From positions 2,155 to 66,154 of the IMG/VR virus record IMGVR_UViG_3300044816_000066: a stretch of 64,000 bases of DNA; one strand, 5' to 3'. The stretch's first letter is position 1. Each line of letters starts with the position of its first letter. The notes under the pieces are model-generated. The model made no database searches, was not told the DNA's origin, and worked only from the letters and a program-made list of their open reading frames with translations. A program made the translations under genes and the position numbers. The stretch is from a virus. Taxonomy: Duplodnaviria > Caudoviricetes. Shown here in pieces: positions 63,517 through 64,000 of the stretch.

Positions 63517-64000
63517 ATGTGCAATTTCGCGTCTTTCGTCCTGACCAAGGATTCCGTTCATTGGCTTGCTGATTCCGAGCATCATTCCGAAATCATCACA
63601 GCTTTCTCGCTCAACGAGAGCAATGCCGCTGGCGGCCTTAACATTCTTAAGGTCGAAATCCGACCGACCAATAAGGTCAAACAATGGCCTGACCTGCGGG
63701 CGTGGAAATATTCCATCGACCAGGACTTGATGCCGGAGTGGCACGATGCGGCCAAGGATGAGCGTCGGGCGCGTGCGGCGCTCCGCAAGCGCTTCAAGGA
63801 AGGTTTCAAGACCGTGGACGCCAGTGGCTGCACGGCGCTGACGGAACTCAAGGCTGATGCAGCGAAGACCGTGGACGCCAGAGGCTGCACGGCGCTGACG
63901 GAACTCAAGGCTGATGCAGCGGAGTACGTGGACGCCAGTGGCTGCACGGCGCTGACGGAACTCAAGGCTGATGCAGCGAAGACCGTGGACGCCAGAGGCT
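63517..64000 (+). CDS. Leucine-rich repeat protein (3' truncated; not in ORF track)
   Basis: MCNFASF...; then 19-aa units (KT/EY)VDA(S/R)GCTALTELKADAA. Confidence 0.85.
   Translation, partial: MCNFASFVLTKDSVHWLADSEHHSEIITAFSLNESNAAGGLNILKVEIRPTNKVKQWPDLRAWKYSIDQDLMPEWHDAAKDERRARAALRKRFKEGFKTVDASGCTALTELKADAAKTVDARGCTALTELKADAAEYVDASGCTALTELKADAAKTVDARG
63808..64000 (+). repeat. 57-bp tandem repeat (at least 3.4 copies)
   Basis: Units start at 63808, 63865, 63922 and 63979. Confidence 0.95.

Larger units (their letters stand above)
1..64000. mobile_element. Temperate tailed phage genome (siphovirus-like), excised/virion configuration; probable Acidobacteriota host
   Basis: Contiguous terminase-portal-capsid-tail-TMP-lysin modules plus integrase and replication genes. 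No host housekeeping genes. attP-like core has phage genes on both sides. Confidence 0.95.

Noticed and set aside
63808-64000. 57-bp repeats as a CRISPR array or DGR
   Set aside because: No unique spacers, in-frame coding LRR, and no cas or reverse transcriptase gene in the window.
1-64000. Stop-codon recoding or selenoprotein genes
   Set aside because: Genes are intact under code 11 and use all three stops; no in-frame TGA interrupting a recognisable domain was noticed.

Overview
The whole window is one temperate, long-tailed (siphovirus-like, no sheath gene) phage genome. It is probably most of a circular or permuted genome, since it starts and ends inside early genes. Module order: recombination (nuclease, Gp157-like, RecT-like); accessory genes; xis/int with an attP-like core matching a tRNA-Sec 3' end; helicase-MTase fusion, HD hydrolase, DUF2303, RusA; replication (initiator with iterons, primase-helicase); packaging and head (terminase, portal, scaffold, P22-coat-like MCP); tail (tube, frameshifted chaperones, tape measure, tip, spike); lysis (amidase); two giant signal-peptide proteins; and a divergent RHH/RHH switch. 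An Acidobacteriota host is inferred from the style of the integrase, MCP and secreted proteins and was not verified by search. The most unusual items are: (i) a set of Sec-exported, Cys-rich, Gln+1 proteins built from tail-fibre modules and a clan GH-A hydrolase; (ii) two highly structured, mutually complementary intergenic RNAs flanking a glycosyltransferase-like gene, one ending in G-CCA; (iii) a lysis/lysogeny switch with no CI/Cro-type HTH pair. All family calls come from motif recognition by eye; no database searches or folding programs were run.
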